NCBI GenBank assembly: GCA_001687465.1
Contig: LVLI01000101.1
Coordinates: 310,001-374,000, forward strand
Direction: 5' to 3'
DNA: 64,000 nt
Origin: Halocafeteria seosinensis
Lineage: Eukaryota
Each line of letters starts with the position of its first letter. Position 1 is the first letter of the stretch. Below the pieces are notes generated by a model. It had not been told where the DNA came from. It searched no databases and saw nothing but the letters and a program-made list of their open reading frames with translations. The position numbers and the translations under genes were made by a program. This document shows positions 24,773-38,553 of the stretch, piece by piece.

Positions 24773-26456
24773 ATGGCTGCGGCAGCTGCAACGGAGGGAA
24801 ACAGCAATGACCCATCACATAATGCTGAGAAATTGAGCATACAGCAGTTTTCTGCGGACAAGTCACTGTATATACGTCGCGGTAGTGATCAAACGCGTGG
24901 CTATATTGTGATCTTCACCAACAGTGGAAGTTGCTTCGGCATAGTGCCCTTCTTTTTCACGTTTAAGTTGGACAACGATAATCCTGAAGTACCACCGATG
25001 TTTTTCCCACTAGTGGTCGATGCTAACCATGCACAGCTTTACACAACTGTAAATGAAAGGGAGCAATGGAAACCTCAGGCTTCTCAATGGAATGCTTCCA
25101 AGACTGTCTACGATGGGTGCGTATTGTTCACTGGACACAGTGTTGACTGTGGCACGACTGAGAAGATTGCTTCTTGATTGTCAATGCAGAGCTGATGAGT
25201 TAAGGAATTTTCTTAACCAGAATCCGAGGAGTTCGACTCAAAATGGCGCAGACGATACGTCGAATGACAAATCAAAGCAGTTTTCAAAATTCCTGGAAAC
25301 GCTCTCTATCTGGCAATCGGCAAGGAAAGCGTATGAATTCGTCGATAATTTCGGCATAGCCGACAGCGATGCACGCAAAGATCTCAAACGCTATATTGTA
25401 GAGTTCCTCTCAGACTCACAAGTGTACAATTCTGTCATTTCCTCGTTTAACGCACTCTTTGACAGAGTAACGCTTCATCAGGTCACTTCCTCAGAACTGG
25501 CCATTGAACCCCTAGAGAATCTCTCAGCCGCAGACTTGGGCCACGCATTCAGTACCCTTCTCAACACTGTAGAGGATATGAGCACCTCCGAAAACTCGTC
25601 GGAAGGGGGCAAAGCAACAAGTGCCGATGGCTCATTGGCGCTAGGAAAGTCCGACAGTCAGGGTTCGAATGACTGGGAAGTCGGGAGTGGTGGTCCCGAT
25701 TACGGATCAGGTGAAGACCAAAGTGGTTCAGACATAATGAGCTTTGGCAACACTATGGGGCGAGGAAGAGGCCGTGGGCGTGGACGGGCAAGTCTGCTGG
25801 AACTGTTTGAGGGCAATGGCCACGGATTCGGATACCCCCCGAGCTACGGTCGCGGTAGCGGGGGAAGAGGGTTGTCGTCAGCGCCTGATCTGCACGACGA
25901 AGATGACATGGGATATTTTTATGGTGACAATGGCCGTGGCGGCCTGTCTGGATCTGGTCGAGGGGCTATGCGGGGTCGTGGACGCGGACGTGGTGGCCTG
26001 TTTGGATCTGGGCGAGGTGGAGGAGCCATGCGGGGTCGTGGACGTGGGCTTACAGGCCACGGTTCAGGCGGTCTGTTCGACCCAGGTGATTCTCCACATT
26101 ACGGTCCAGATAGTCCACAATACCTCTACAGTCCCACTCCAATTTCGCCCGAATTTTCCCCCGAAATGAACGGTCATGAGCACGACTATGCTGCTTCTGA
26201 CGAAGACGAAGACGCGGGGCCTGGTACACCAGATACTCTTGACGAACTCGCCATGTTGCAAGGGAATTACAGCACAGGAACGGGGAAGCCTAACTCCTTC
26301 CCCAAAAAGCTTAAAGCACGTAGCGGGCCACCAAAAGGAAGAGAAGAAGTGTTGGTAGATAAAAACTTGCAACTTTCAGCACCCGACGCAATGATTGTCC
26401 TGTTGTTTATCATGGTCTCTATCATCTTCGTTCGCGACGTTATAGGGGCAAATTAG
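24773..26456 (+). CDS. Hypothetical protein: N-terminal UBC/UEV-like segment, RGG-rich region, C-terminal hydrophobic tail
   Basis: Two ORFs joined by an intron near 25117-25189. GYIVIFTNSGSCFGIVPFFFTFKL...PEVPPMF resembles the E2 fold. Repeated GRGRGRG. Tail MIVLLFIMVSIIFV. Confidence 0.6.
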
Positions 26457-26683
26457 GCTACCTTTGTAGATAATTGGTATATGAAGTAATATAATATGAA
26501 ATATGGGTACCGTGGCGTGCATGTAACCTGCCAGTGTCAACATTGTAGAGCGCAAAAATCTGTGTCAGCCCACTCTGTTCCTTCTCCCAAAAGGACATTT
26601 GTGCTGGTCGATTACTCATTCCAGAGGCCAAATATTTGGTATATCAGTAAATAAGTGTCAAAATCATCCAGTGAACAACCAAA

Positions 26684-27715
26684 ATGCCTCCTAAAAAGAG
26701 CGGTGGCGGTGGGAAAAAGGCCGAAAAAAAGGCTGAGAAGAAGAAGACCGAAAAGCTTATCGAGGACAAGACGTTTGGTTTAAAAAACAAGAAGAAATCC
26801 AAGCAGGTAGGGCGTGTATGCTCTTCAAAATCACACCTGTTAGTATGTGACTGCATCCGTGCGCGGTTATCCCTTGCAGGTTCAAAAATACATCCAGAAA
26901 GTTGAAAGCTCGGTCAAAAATTCACAACAGAGTGCCAGATCAAACACTGGAGGTGGCGGTGGTGCCAAACAGAACAAGAAGGAGAAGGAAGCAGCAGCCC
27001 GAGAAATGGCATTGTTGCTTCGTCAGGCTCCTGGCAAGAACAACAAGAAAACAACGAAGAGCAGCGAAAACAAGTCGACAGGAGAAGGAGCTGCCGAGGC
27101 CGGTGCAGCAGCGGCGGCTTCTGCTCCCTCCTCGGTAGCTAGCAGCAAAGAATACGCTGAACAGGAAGATGAAATGTATTATCCGGATGAGGAAGAAACA
27201 ACCATCGAAGAACAGATAGAAGCAGAGGTTGGTATATGAACTCTACAAATATTTATGTTGCGGGGCTAATACCATGCTTTCACTGTTGGTCGCAGAGGGC
27301 TCAACTAGATCCCGCGAAGCTCACACCGGTTACACATGAAACATTTAAGAAATGGCTAGAAGACCGAAGGAAGCGTTGGGAGGATGCTATTGACACCAAG
27401 CTCAAGGATAATGTATCCAAAGGCAAAAATAGCAAATATGGTAAGTTGTTCTTCTGCCCCTCTATCGTCAGTGCACTTTCTTGCTACCGGCTCGTTGGTT
27501 TTCCCCATTCAGCTGGACTTACTGGTCGTGAAATACTCACGGCGGATGCGTCAGTGGGCGTCGATGATGCGGCCGCCGCTGGCAGTATGGATTATGAAGA
27601 AGAGACCCCGAAGGAAACAAGGAATGCCGATGGTGATGCTGAAAAATTAGCGGAGAAGGCTGATGCGAGCTTATACTTGAATGAGGAAGAAGACGATCTC
27701 AGTGATATTGAATAA
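26684..27715 (+). CDS. ZC3H15: ZC3H15/Tma46 (DFRP1)-like DRG-regulatory protein lacking CCCH fingers
   Basis: MPPKK...IEDKTFGLKNKKKSKQVQKYI N-terminus and TIEEQIEAERAQL...LTPVTHETFKKW...GLTGRE DFRP region. Three introns. Confidence 0.85.
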
Positions 27716-27870
27716 ACATGACATAATCCAAGGGTGTGCTACGGCTTATTTCATGCTGCCAGCTCCACATTTTCATAGCAAAGAGATTTGAGATTAATAA
27801 ACAGTTCGTCGCAGAGGTAGATGCAGTAGAAATTGGATTCACGTAGATAGACACGATATATATCCTGAGG

Positions 27871-28491
27871 TTATACATCGTTGTTTTCTAGTTGCTCTAT
27901 CATTTCTCTTTGTTCTTGCTCGACACGGACAAGCGAGTCGTACTCAGCTTGCAGCCTGCACCGTCAAATCAACAACAGCCCTCATAGCATGCTAAATGTT
28001 GAAAAAATGGAGCAAATCATCTAAATCTGGCATACCTTTCATATTCTTGACGTTTCTCCTCTATTTGAGCCTGTAATTCTTTCCGCCGCCTCTTCCTGTT
28101 ATCCTGTTCTGATTCTACCATATTTCTTGCTCCTACCGCCTGCGGGAGGCAGCGCCAAAAACCTCAGTTATTGCAAATACACTAGCCATTGTAAAATTAA
28201 CTTACTTTTAGCTTCGCTCGCTCAATCTGTTCAGCTTGCGCATTCAGTACTTCCAAGACGGTAGATACCCCTTCACTAAACTCACTTATTTCTGGATAGA
28301 ATCACAAAAAGCAAGAGCCATGATATATACACATAATCAATCAATTCGAAATCTTCTTGATACAGCTTGTACGCACTTGATACGAACTCTCGACATTGTG
28401 TTTGGAGTTCCTCTGTTTGCTTAAATTTTTCAGGTTCAAGGACTCGTACTTTGCCTTCGCTATCGAAGGAAATCGAAGGCTTATTTTCCAT
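27871..28491 (-). CDS. IFT20: Intraflagellar transport protein 20
   Basis: Spliced product FDSEGKVRVLEPEKFKQTEELQTQCREFV...IERAKLKAVGARNMV...EYERLQAEYDSLVRVEQEQREMIEQL. Confidence 0.92.
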
Positions 28492-28774
28492 TTCCTATTC
28501 TCCTATTAAATACTGTATTAACCAATCTATGCAAGTATGATGCCACGCATGAAAAATACACTGCACAATACACAGAAAAGAGGCTGCTAACTGGTGGAGT
28601 CCAGCCGTGGCTGCGTGGAACTCAACTTCAACAAAACCGTTAACGACGCCTTTCCATTGGTAGTCTATGCGTTGTGACCCGTATTGCTCGATGAAGGGCT
28701 TTTTGTCAACGGTCGTGTAGTGTTACACTCATGAACCGAATCATATGCTCTGACGAAACTGTTTAGTGGTGAAA

Positions 28775-31714
28775 ATGTCGGACCTTTCGAAGGATAATAA
28801 GGACCTGGAAGAGGCCAGTATACGGCTGCCCGAGTCAGACAACTTCCGTAATGAAGAATCCTTGTACGAAGAAAAGGATGAGGAAGAAAGACAGTCAACA
28901 AGACGAGACGACTCACCTGAGACGAAGCGCAAAGAATCTCCCGATGGACGACCTAAGTCAGGGCAGAGCAAAGGAGGAACAAGACCGGGGAGTCGTCCGA
29001 CAACGGGAGCCAGCAGTAAACGAACTCGCACAAGACCCGGGACGAAAAGTAGCAGAAGGCCAGGGACAAAGCAATCATCCGCTCGTCCAGACTCAAAGCA
29101 GTCTACCGAATTACAGAACTATCAAATGCACCGGGCTAACGTCTTTGGTGAAGTACCATCGACTGCGAAGACTGGTACTAAAAGGTCCTCGCAGGAGGAA
29201 GGTCGAGGTGACAAAGGAGAGGGAACCGTTCGAACACAGACGATCCAACCTAAGGCTGCTCCAGAAAATGCTCAAAAGTGGCGGACGGAAACCACGAAAG
29301 ACGGACGGATTATAGTGTTCAATTGGTGCCAGGAAACATCGCCAATTGGCGATAAATATATTGGGGAAAAGGTGAACGACCAGTACCATGGGTTCGGCAA
29401 AATGTATTTCGCCAATGGAGACAAGTATGTGGGACAGTGGAAAGAAGGACAGTTTCATGAATATGGGGAGCTCATGAAGGCAGAGTTTGTGGAGCTGGAT
29501 CGACGTATTGTTGGCAGGACATACAAGGTAAGATTGCACAGTTGTAAACGCGGATCCAATTTATTAACTATTTCATTTCCTAGCCATAATTTTTACAGGG
29601 TTACTGGAAGAACGGATACCAGCACGGTCATGGCATTTACTTCAAAGGAAATGGAGATATTTATGAAGTGCGTTACGCACGGTAGACGGTCATTGTCACG
29701 CACTCACTCAGTTCTCGTTTCCTCCATCTTACAGGGATATTTCAAGTACAATGAGTACCATGGCAGAGGAAAACTTATTTATAGAGACCATACTGAGTAC
29801 GATGGTTTCTGGAAGTACGGTGTACATCACGGACCCGGAATTCTCAAGTATCCTTCAGGTGCGTACTACAAAGGAACTTTCAAAGCGGGAATGTTCCACG
29901 GTCAAGGAATTTACAAGTGGTCCAACGGAAGAGGAAGCTATATAGGAGGATGGAAACACGGCATGAAACATGGTGTAGGGAAGAGAATCTTTAGTGACGA
30001 TACTCGCTTCGAAGGATGGTTTTACAAGGACCATATGCAAGGCGAAGGAGTCTTACATCGAAGCAACGGGGACTCATACAAGGGCTCCTTCTGGGAGGGT
30101 TTGTATCATGGGAGTGGTACTATGCATTATGCAAACGGAGACAGGTATGTCGGACAGTGGCAACTGGCAAAACCTTGCGGAACTGGCAGATTTGACTATC
30201 AGTCTGGAGGATATTACGAAGGAGAGTATTGGGCGTTGTGCCGTTCTGGAAATAAGGCTCAGCTTGAGCAGCAGGATCTGGATGACGTGTACGGTAACGT
30301 CTCTGACCTTAAATGGAAACATGGTGGCCAGCAACTTACTAAAGTGAGAGTAGAGCTATTGAAAATGAAAAAAGACGAGGAGGTCAGGGAGAGACAATCC
30401 TTGATCTCTCACGCGAGTCACGAGTCGTCAAACCAACCAGGGGATGAAGAAACGAAGGATGACTTCTTTTCTCAGCAAAAGAGAAAAGAAATGAGAAGAA
30501 AGCAACTGCTCGGTCCGTACATATCGCGCAAGATTCGGCGTCTTCTCTATGATAAGCGGAGAGCTTGCGGTAGGGTTGTAGTGGGAAGCGATTATGACCA
30601 TCCTGCTTCTCGAGGTGTCTTGAGACCGTTGGCTGACGGGAAGCGGCATGGAAAAGGTGTCCGGGTTTGGGCAGATGGAAGCCGTTACGAAGGAGATTGG
30701 TTCCAAGACGAAATTCATGGATTCGGTATATATATCCAAGCAGGAGACCTCGGTGAACGATATGAGGGCTCGTTCAAGCGCGGAGTGAGGGAAGGACGAG
30801 GAATTGCCAGTTGGGGAAACAACTCAGGCGGAACTTACATAGATCCATTTAATCGAAAAGTAGTAAGTCTCTTAATGCCACGCATAGGCACAGCCTTCTT
30901 TACCTATAGGTGTTTTCACTTCATCAGGACGGAGGGGCCGGACGAACCATATACACCGGTGAATGGCATCATGGGCTGTTTCACGGTATTGGAAAGATGA
31001 CATCCCCTTACGGATTAGACTACGAAGGCGCTGTAAGCAAACACTTTATACATTTCCTAGAAACGAGTCTCATAAGCTGGACTTGGTAATGTTATCTGCA
31101 GTTCCACTTTGGTGCGAGACATGGCTATGGGACGATGATACTACTCAACGAAACCAAGAAGGCAGAGGCGCTCCATCATAGCCGCCAGAGCGATCTTGAA
31201 GCACCATGGAGGTGAGTCGTTTCATCACTGCGTATAAAAGGAGTCTGTTTCACAGCTGTTCCCTGTCCGTTGGGACACTGCAGATACGAAGGCCAATGGA
31301 CGAAGAACAAGATGACCGGGGTAGGGAAAGTCCTGTTAGTAGGCGGTGATACCGTTTCCGGAGAATTTGACAACGGCAGATATCATGGAAAAATGCAGTG
31401 GCTGAAGAAAAGGTTAGTAGTCCTGGCACATTCCTCATTTCCAGACGAAGACAATTTTCGATAAACCCTCCCATTGCTTCTGTTTCTCCAGTGGACGGAT
31501 ATACTATAGAGAATACAGACTGGGCAAGCTTGTCAGAGAGATAGAGGGCGAAGAGCTAAAACAGCTTCTCCAGAAGGACCTTGCGACACGCGTAAACGAA
31601 CGTGATAAGCAGAAAGGAAAGAACGTCTCTTGGAAAGACGCGGAAAATATTCCCAATACAGCTGGATCCAAACCCGCCGAAGAATTCGACTATTCGACTA
31701 CAGATGAGCAATAG
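28775..31714 (+). CDS. MORN-repeat protein
   Basis: Many YxGxWxxGxxHGxG repeats after a low-complexity N-terminus with RP(G/D)(S/T) repeats. Several introns. Stop TAG at 31712-31714. Confidence 0.9.
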
Positions 31715-31777
31715 CAAGCTGATACTCCAATTTCAACTCCACCTTGACGGCATGAATGTAAAGCGCGTTTGAGACAT

Positions 31778-32991
31778 TCAAGCCAGTGGCTTTTTACTGG
31801 GAGAAGGAATGGCTTCGCGTTGCCTTGAATATCCATCCAATTGATTGACGCAGTCAAGTCTCTTATAGAGTGAGGGATCATAGGTTCGAAGTACGTTGAC
31901 GTATTGCAGTTCCAGATAGAACGGACCGTCTTGTCCATCGGCTACCGAGATCCCAAACTGCATTGGCACAAAGATGTACAATTCAGTCGTGAACGTTTTC
32001 AGCGGCTACTTACACCATGGAGACATTCGCGATCTAACGGCCTCTGATATGGCGTGATGATACCTTTTCGAATTGTCATGAATTCATCGAAAGGACAAGC
32101 AATAGTCGCCCATTCATATGGCAGAACTTGAAATTCTCTGCATGTACAGCAAGTTGAGTGCAGTATTGTGATGTGTTCTATGCGAGATGACGTCCTTACG
32201 CTCTAAATATGTCAGGTGTAGCTTCTTCATTTGGTAAATCACTGAGGTACACTTGATATCTGCACCCGATGGAAACCATAAGAGGCCCTGTGGAGAGATG
32301 GTCCTAGGTGACGAAATACCTACCGTCGCCCATCCGACCTGAGACGCATTTCCAGAGCCGAGTAAACATGGAAGTTTTTGAGTTTCTCGCTCGGCTGCAA
32401 TCACGCAATACACACTCTCATTCCATTTGAGTTAATGTGCTCATACGAGTATGTACTTACCTTCGTCCGAAAACTGCAGAAACTATTACTGGAGCCGAAA
32501 CTCTTATTTCCTCGTAAAATGCCCTGAAAGCATCCTGTTCAAAGTACGGTTCCAATAGTTTCCCCAAATGGTTGAGCTTCCCTGGTTTCTACTCTTTCAC
32601 TGCTGAGTTTACTTACCAGTACTGAAGTTTTCGTATTGCTTAATGCTGAACGAGCACACAGAGGAACCTGCACGTCCCAAAGGCTACGTATATCATGTCA
32701 TAGGTACATGCGAAATCGAAATGGCTACCCACCTCCCATAACTCTATCAGAGTGTACATGGAATCGGTCGATATCCTCGTATCTCTTGAACTCGAATAAC
32801 GGAGCCTTCTCATCCGGGCTCATACCAAACATAAAACCTGCAATATACATCAGATTCACAAATACGGGATGCTCCCTGTGGGCTCAATCCCAAGGCGCCT
32901 TACTTGACTTGGCGCCCAAAATGTACTCCTGCCATATGGATTGGGTCTTGCGCAATGCCTTGCGCATGTAGTAGCGGGTCAAAGAAGCCAT
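31778..32991 (-). CDS. NDUFAF1: Complex I intermediate-associated protein 30 (CIA30/NDUFAF1)-like
   Basis: Basic presequence-like N-terminus, LFEF...HVHSDRVMGG.SS, FQG.L...FCSFRT, and C-terminal FGISVADGQDGPFYLELQYV. Internal exons only partly resolved. Confidence 0.8.
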
Positions 32992-33459
32992 GATGGCCTG
33001 CGTATAGCACTTAAACGCAGAAATTGTTGCTCGAGCATGAATGTCCTCGCCTACCGTGATCTATATACAACTCTCAGTTCTGGTGCATTGAACAAAAGTT
33101 AATTGTAATTCATCTATTCTATACATTAAGAAACAGTCGAAACTAACAAACATTAGGGAGGAAAGAACTGGTAAATACCACTGTCTGGACCGAACTTCAC
33201 ACACACTGTTCACAGTAGCCGCAACCGTGTTCGACTGTTCAACCTTGACAACTACTGCGAACTTGTGTGTCAAATAGATTTTCAACGAGAGGTCACTGCA
33301 ATCACACATCTAAACTCGTTTCATGGAATGGTCAAAGTTGCTCATATTCTACTTTTCCAATACGGCCTCCTCTGAGATGGTAGCCTACGGATAGCATTAG
33401 CAACATTCAACGGTGGGGGGCCGAAGCATTATTTCGCGAGCGTACCAGGAGAAACGAGT

Positions 33460-34816
33460 TCAAGAAGCCGTTATTGCTGTTGAAGGGCGTCTCCTGGCTC
33501 GCGATGCTCTTGCACGTTCAGAAACTTTCTTGTTTAACCGAATGAAAGTTCCACTAGCACGCTTACGAATCAAGACAATGACAGCTCCAATAGCGTCACG
33601 AACATGGAAAGCCGCAGGTAGCGGACTCTTGCCAAAGCGGTAGCGGAACTTGTTCTCTAAGTATGCTCGATCCACCTCCTGGTAACGGACTTTACTTAAT
33701 CGTTGTTGTAGCTCCCTTCTTCCCTCTTCAATATACTTCTGCAATTTTACACTCTGAGAACACGTGCATGGAAGAAATAAGCTGAGAATGAAATTCACAT
33801 AAACATTCAGATAGCCGATGCACGTACGTTTGGAAGCGTAACCCAAAAGTCTTGATGCTCTGAAACCGACGTGTGGCTTCGGCGCATTAGAACTCCTAGA
33901 TGTAGCAGTTGTCTGATAACATCTTCAGTGTTCAAGAAAGACTCCAAATGCTGCTTCTTGACGTATTGGTTGCAAAACAACCTGATGCGATCTACGTCAT
34001 CATTTGAACACAGAGGTGTGCTATCAGTTTTTTCTCCCGACCACTCGACGAACGCATCGGCAACGACTTGTCCATAAACAGATGATTGTAACGCCTGGCT
34101 CAATCTCCTCACCTGCGAGTTCTCTAAAGCACTTTGCCTTTCGGTTATGGTATCAATCAGCTTGAAGAAAGGACTTACGTAGGCTTGATACTCCTTTTTC
34201 CTGATGATACCAGGCTGATCTTGAGTCGCCGGGAGATGAACGCGCATATACATCCCAGCGCGACAGATTTCGTCAATGTCATTCTCTATGCGAGTTGGAT
34301 CGCTATCGAAATCATACCTGCAAACCATTCATGCCCCGGTTTATATCATACCTGCCTTTACATATGCCGTATGAAGCCCACATACAGCTGTGTTTGTAGA
34401 GCGACGTCAACTGGCGCTATATCAACTATTCGGCGCTCTGCATGGGAGCCAATTCTCCGGGATTCTGTTTTCTTCTCAATAGAGATAGTCCGTGGGAACT
34501 CTTGCAAGAGCTTTTCGATGTTGTACTGGGTGGTGTTCAACACATCTAGTCTAGGAGAGCCTTCAATGGCTTCCAGAAGTTGCGCATCCGTGAGTCCTTG
34601 CAGACTTTGACCTTCGACGCCTTCTTCTTGCTCTGCATTCCCACGGACAGAGTTTTCTACTACCTCTGTATTATCAGCATGCTGGAGTTCTGCTTCTTGG
34701 TCTTGCTGAGGGGAGTCCCCTGGCACAATTCCATCCAGTAGGGTAGCGACTCGCTGTTGTTTGTTTTCGAGATCAGCACCATTACTTCCACCCAATTCTT
34801 CACGAGATCGCTTCAT
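33460..34816 (-). CDS. STK19: STK19-like winged-helix protein
   Basis: LQTQLY, IRQLLHLGVL, FWVTLPNV, YIEEGRRELQQRLSKVRYQE and FHVRDAIGAVIV...SGTFIRL match the STK19 C-terminal pattern (YHVHDLIGAQLV...SGTLLRL). Two introns. Confidence 0.85.
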
Positions 34817-35738
34817 CTTCCAGAATATGGCACCTGATAGCTGACATGGCAATTCATTCGCCTCCACAAATAAACAATACAAGCTCTTTTCCCTAGGAAT
34901 CCCCCTTGCGACGTGCGTCACGGCACGTACAATCCAGTGTGTAAACTGGAACTTCTCAGTCTGGAAGCTATGGACAGCATAACGGTATATGTGGAATCAC
35001 TGATGCACACTGATCTCGTCTCACTCTTGTAGACGAGCCATCAGATTAGCTTCAGTGTAAGTTGTGGATTGTCTGTAGTAGTACAACCTGTATAGTTCTG
35101 TTGGAATTTGTACAACGTTGTACACTGTTGTACAAGGTACACGTGTACCGTGTGACCGTCGGAGTAAGAGAGTACAGCGGAAACTTGCATTTTATTCAGA
35201 CAAATGAACTTTGTTTCGGGTAATTTTCAAATAGTCGGAGCTACAGTACGTTGTATAAGCTACCCGGGGTGACATCCAAAAGTTCGTTCTCCAGTTGAGT
35301 TCCGATTCCTCCAGGATTCCAGGAACTGTGGAACCCCGGTGGGCGCCGGGGGTGCATCAGATGCCCATTCCCACTAATGTTCTAATATCAAGTGAAGCAT
35401 TTTCTTACTGCACCTGTTTGTACCTCCCTTTAATCAACATGAAGCGCTTAAGGACTGTTGGAACTCGCTGTACGGCGTCCCCGGGGGTGGGAAAAAGTCC
35501 GCGACAGAGACGGTTGAGGCCGGAATCCCCGTGCCCCGCAAGATCCGTTGACTTTTCAATTCAGTTTCCGAAGCACATACCGTGTTTTCCCAGAGGATTA
35601 GGTTGCCTTTATCGCTCCTTTTAATGTAAAAGAGTCTGTACAAGAGCGTGAAGCAGCTCCTGGGTCTCTATGTGCATTGGAAATCAAGTTTAACGCGACG
35701 GCTTCAACCGTGGCACTGTCTTTCCAACAGCGTGGAAG

Positions 35739-38553
35739 ATGTCAGCCTCTAAACAGGCCCATACAGAACAACTGAGAACCTCTGAAGGAGGGCAAAGTAC
35801 AAGCGAACATATCGAGTATCCGCCAGGCCTTCATCATTCTCACGAAATGTATCCACTCCCACGTCGTCCTCCGCCGCCAGTACAAAATCATAGTGCTGAA
35901 GACCACACGGCTAAGGAAGAAGCACCTTTGGAAGAAGAGGAAGCAGACCAAAGCAATTCAGAGGAAGAAGAATCGGTAACTGAAGAAAGACAACCTTCGC
36001 AAAGGGCGTTTGGGCTGAGTGGAAAGGCCAATTCCTTAACCCAGGAATTACTCAATATTCGTGAAGCAAGCATTGTAAGTATCTTGGTCAAGTAAGATGG
36101 GGCAATTACCTGTTTATTTTTGACGAATTTTCGTTGCTTCTTAACAGTCTGTGGGGCAACAGATTGCCCATACCAAGTCTGCCTTAAGACGAGAGGAGCA
36201 GGAAGAGGCTGAGGCCCGGCAGGACGCAGAGAAGGCAAGACGGGAGGCTGAATCTCTCCGAGAAGAGGAGCGTCAACTCGATGGAAGACTGTCTCGGTAT
36301 CCAGAACAGGGGAAAGAGCTGCAAAGGGTAAGTTTGCTATTTTGTAGCTTTCGGCAGCACCGTCTTCCACGTCTGTAGTTGTCAATGTCCTTGCAGAAAA
36401 TTGAGAGTATCAAGAACAAGATCCATACAACGAAGCAGATGGCCCAATTAGCCAAGGAATCTCTACTTTCACGGAACGACTCATTTAGGACTCAAATAGG
36501 TGAATTGCAATCTTATTTGGAAATTCGTGATCGCCTTCTAAGCCAGAGACTCAAGCAGATGACCGTAAGAGAGCGGTCCCTGCGGGAGCGATTGCAAGAA
36601 GTCGACGAAGAGGTACGGCGAGGACGCTCCCTCAATGGTGAAGACTGGCGTCTTGAGCTTCAAAGCATGAAGTCTAGTTTACACATTTTAAAGGTTCAAA
36701 GCTTAGAAGGAATGAAGGAGAGGGTATCGAAAGCGTCGTATCGGCTCCAGCAAAAGTACAAGGGCATAATCGTTGCAAACGAGCGCTGCCGCCGACAGCT
36801 TTGTGACGGTCGAAACAAGTACCAACTCTCTTCCAAGCTCCTGAAAGAGCACGTGCAGACGTTCATCAATAACACAGCATATCCCACCAAGGATAAACTT
36901 ACAGCGTTGCAAGAGATTCCTGAGAATGTGGTGAGTCAGTGTGCCCATATTTTGGAGCGATGTGAAGAAGATAACGCAAACTCCGCAATTGAACCTTGGC
37001 TGTGCTTTGAAGCAACGTTGGAAATTCCAATGATATCCAGTGTGTTTGATGATTATCTTAAGCAACTGCTTTCTCAATCGAAATTACCTCAGGAATCGAT
37101 GTCCCCTTTTGTGGAGAAGATCGTTGAAACGTTACCGAAAAAAGAGGAAACCGGATCGACTCACCAGCATTCCGAGAAATCAGAGAAGATCCCTCACCAT
37201 CTTCAAGGAACAGTGAATTTCAAGTCGTACTGTCAGACTCGTCCGGGGAATAAAACACAAGAACTTCAGCTCTCAGACAGGAATGTTCCTTGGAATACTG
37301 GGATCGACAGGCGGAAAAGAGCAGTTGGCACAAATTCCAAAGTTCGCGAGGTAGCGTTAGCGGCTGTTTACGCGGATAGGAATAATAGCAAAGGAGTTGA
37401 GTCAAACAATGATTGGAGCGAAACTGATGTGTTACCGAACGGCACTTCAGGGGGAATGCACACTAGTCCAATAAAAAAAGTGTCGACGAAGAAAGGGCAG
37501 GACCAGGGGCGCTCCTCCTCTCGGCGAAGAGGGTCCTATTTCGGCACCTACCCTTCATCTCCCCCTACCTCCTCGGAATCCAAGAGCTTTAAAGAAGATT
37601 TTATGATAACTGAAGGGGATCGTTATAATATTGGTGCCCAAGTACAAATGAAAAAGTGGGGGTTACGGGAATATGGAAGTAGCCAGGAAAGTACCAGTCA
37701 ATCGACTAGACAGGAAGGTGGACTTCGCCGTGCAAGCTCTGCCCGGATAAACCAGCTTTCCGAGCCGAAGAAATCTCTTCCAGGGGAGAATGAGGATGTT
37801 CCCTTGGTAGACACCAGTGCTCAGAGCCAACAAAGGCATCTTCGCTTAAGAGAAGGGATGCCTTATGGCCCTCGTCCGTCCACAACTTCTCAGAGGTCTT
37901 TCCCATCGGACAGAGAGAGTAGCTCTGTTGCTGCCAAAGACGAGGATGGCAACTGGATATTGAAGAAAACGAGTGCCAAAAAGATTAAGCAGCTGTCCCA
38001 ACCGAAAAGACCTTCTGTATCTCCTGGCAGCGGAAGTTCGTCTCCGAGTATGGATGAAACCGAGCTTTCCCGAACGCTATCCTCTAGGTGGTTCTATCAG
38101 CTGCGGAGTCCCTCAGATGCCACTCTAGGTACAGACAAGCGTTCGCATGGAAATGGGTTACAGCGTGAAGAGTCCTGGAACGAGTATTTTTCCACAAGAC
38201 CTTCCGGCCAGAATCTGTCCCGGAGACTTTCGAGGAAGGAGCTTCAGCAGCAATCGTTCCGATCCTCGTCTACTCCGCGTGGTGGTCGACATGGAACTCC
38301 GATATTGGATGAAGACATTGATGAAGTGTTGGACTCCGATGACGGGAGTGAGGACGATGAGAAGGGCTCGAGAGATGTGCTAACTCGCTCTACCAGTAAC
38401 GCGCCGACTAGATCACGGAAGAATCACTCGTCTCGTAGCCGGAGTTCCATGAAGCCTCGGAAATCCTTTCTGCAACAATTACAGGCGGGGAAAATTCCAG
38501 AGGAATTGATTCAATTTGGAGACGCAGGCAACGGTGGAGAACAGCGAAGATAG
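35739..38553 (+). CDS. Hypothetical protein, N-terminal coiled coil plus long S/R-rich disordered tail
   Basis: ORFs 35739-36095, 36151-36378 and 36379-38553 are joinable by GT-AG introns. No recognisable domain. Confidence 0.75.

Noticed and set aside
8761..26456. Idea that the OSCA channels, GST-like gene, cyclase and UEV-RGG gene form an operon-like defence cluster
   Set aside because: The genes have mixed orientations in a eukaryotic genome, and no cNMP-binding or known effector domain is visible in the neighbours. Adjacency alone is not evidence.
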